Shown: piece after piece, positions 15,052 through 16,200 of the stretch
Layout of the letters: each line of letters opens with the position of its first letter
How positions within the stretch are numbered: the stretch's first letter is position 1
Origin: Silvanigrellaceae bacterium
GTDB lineage: Bacteria > Bdellovibrionota_B > Oligoflexia > Silvanigrellales > Silvanigrellaceae
Assembly: GCA_049423385.1 (NCBI GenBank)
Contig: JBMSQQ010000078.1
Location: 1-16,200 of the forward strand
DNA length: 16,200 nucleotides
Direction of reading: 5' to 3'
Made by a program: the position numbers and the translations under genes
Notes under the pieces: model-generated
The model's database searches: none
Told to the model about the DNA's origin: nothing
What the model saw: the letters and a program-made list of their open reading frames with translations, nothing else

Positions 15052-15950
15052 CCGCGTGCCTTGCCGGGGAGTTCTCGCCCAAGAAATTCAGAGAGCTCTT
15101 TTCTTATCTGAACAGTTTTTTCGACTGAATAACCGGTGGCAAAACCAAGGTCATGCAACAGCGATGCAACATCTTCGGTGGCAATGTTGCCGGTGGCACC
15201 TGGAATAAAAGGGCAGCCACCGAGTCCACCGAACGCCGTGTCGAAATGCCGAACGCCAAGCTCCAGCGCGGTGTGCAGATTCAGCATGGCCCGACCAAAT
15301 GTGTCATGCAGGTGAAGAACCAGCGGCCGTTCACCTGTCATCGACAAACATTCGCCGACGATTTCGCTGACCAGATGCGGATGCGCCATGCCGGTTGAGT
15401 CGGCGAGGCTGAAAGTGTCTGGACTGAGTTCAACCAATTTCGCGAAAAGGCCAATCACTTGTGTCGTTGGAATGCGGCCTTCGTAACCGCAGCCGAATGC
15501 GCATTGCAATCCGGCACGGACCTTGATTCCTGCAGCGCGCGCGAGACTGGTCATTTGTTCAAGCTCAGCGAATGCTTCGGCCTGTGTGCGTTTCGTGTTG
15601 CGCAGCGAATGTGTCTCGCTGGCCGACATCGAGATGTCGATGGCATCCACACCTGCCGCTATGGCACGTTCAACCCCTTTGGTGTTGAGGGCCAGTGCGC
15701 TGAATTTGACCTCAGAAAAAGAGTTGTGTGATTTGCGGAATGCCAACATGCCAGCGCAGACGTCCTCGGCATCGGCCATCTGGGGGACGATTTTGTTGTT
15801 CACGAAAGATGTGAGCTGGATTTCTTTCGCCCCTGCGGCCACCGCAGCTTGAATCCAACGGAGTTTTTCATGGGTTGGAATGAACTTGCTTTCACCCTGA
15901 AACCCATCACGAGGACCCACCTCAATAAAAACAACTTTATCAACATTCAT
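15048..15950 (-). CDS. Hydroxymethylglutaryl-CoA lyase-family (DRE-TIM) enzyme, 300 aa
   Basis: EVGPRDGFQ, SFV....VPQMAD, SASETHS.RN, AFGCGYEG, LADSTG, LHLHDTFG, GGLGGCPFIPGATGNIATED. ATG at 15950 gives the typical family length. Confidence 0.95.
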   Translation of the reverse strand: MNVDKVVFIEVGPRDGFQGESKFIPTHEKLRWIQAAVAAGAKEIQLTSFVNNKIVPQMADAEDVCAGMLAFRKSHNSFSEVKFSALALNTKGVERAIAAGVDAIDISMSASETHSLRNTKRTQAEAFAELEQMTSLARAAGIKVRAGLQCAFGCGYEGRIPTTQVIGLFAKLVELSPDTFSLADSTGMAHPHLVSEIVGECLSMTGERPLVLHLHDTFGRAMLNLHTALELGVRHFDTAFGGLGGCPFIPGATGNIATEDVASLLHDLGFATGYSVEKTVQIRKELSEFLGRELPGKARG

Positions 15951-16200
15951 AAGACCAAGTTGTCCTTCGGTACGACCCGGGGCCGGTGGTTCAAGGGGGC
16001 GATTTTCGGCTGACAAGGGAGGGTCTAAACCACATTTAACCATAGGCAATCAAGGAGTGACGGCTTTGGTGATGCTGGCTAAAGATAAAACAATGCAATA
16101 ATTCGTTTTTTCTTGTGAATTTCTTCTGTCGGGGCTGCACCTGAGCTCGCGCTCCGCTACCCCTCGCACTGACCCTGGGCATTCCCAAGACACGACAATC

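Noticed and set aside
11018..15852. Long + strand ORFs (e.g. 11018-11746, 11798-12346, 13604-14116, 14467-15111)
   Set aside because: Antisense shadows of well-supported minus-strand enzymes, with no recognisable motifs.
16003..16029. Possible sigma28 promoter for the catabolic operon (minus strand TTTA-N15-GCCGAAAA)
   Set aside because: The -10 box is good but the -35 box is weak and the site is farther from the start than the other four; not counted.
15951..16049. N-terminal extension of the HMG-CoA-lyase-like ORF
   Set aside because: Pro-rich and non-homologous; the family start V.F.EVGPRDG follows the ATG at 15950.
16120..16200. SRP RNA, RNase P or tmRNA fragment at the right edge
   Set aside because: Partial GGTCAG and GCAGCC resemblance only; the conserved SRP helix-8 and RNase P terminal motifs are absent.
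1..16200. CRISPR array, tRNA/rRNA, transposase, integrase or phage genes
   Set aside because: No regularly spaced repeats, cloverleaf or rRNA signatures, or mobility motifs were seen; all intergenic gaps are short.

Overview
Gene-dense bacterial window with 15 supportable CDSs and no rRNA, tRNA, CRISPR array or transposase. The left two thirds (1-10.6 kb) is envelope/accessory material: the 3' end of an outer-membrane beta-barrel gene with a strong terminator, three or four lipoproteins (an M48 metalloprotease and a trypsin-like protease, each with a large insertion, a beta-propeller-like protein and a small orphan), a degenerate ABC1/UbiB kinase-like protein, a signal-peptide-bearing CYTH-like protein, ogt, a DUF4360-like protein and a pseudo-receiver/TPR protein. 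Four of these genes have correctly spaced sigma28 (FliA)-like promoters. The gene set suggests Bdellovibrionota/Oligoflexia (inference). The right third (10640-15950, minus strand) is a fully overlapping five-gene operon: HMG-CoA-lyase-family enzyme, LeuC-like and LeuD-like hydratase subunits, class III CoA-transferase and cyclic amidohydrolase. It reads as a catabolic route (ring opening, hydration of a substituted maleate, CoA activation, retro-Claisen cleavage) rather than leucine biosynthesis, and is the best candidate for an undescribed system. All family calls come from motif recognition by eye; no searches were run.
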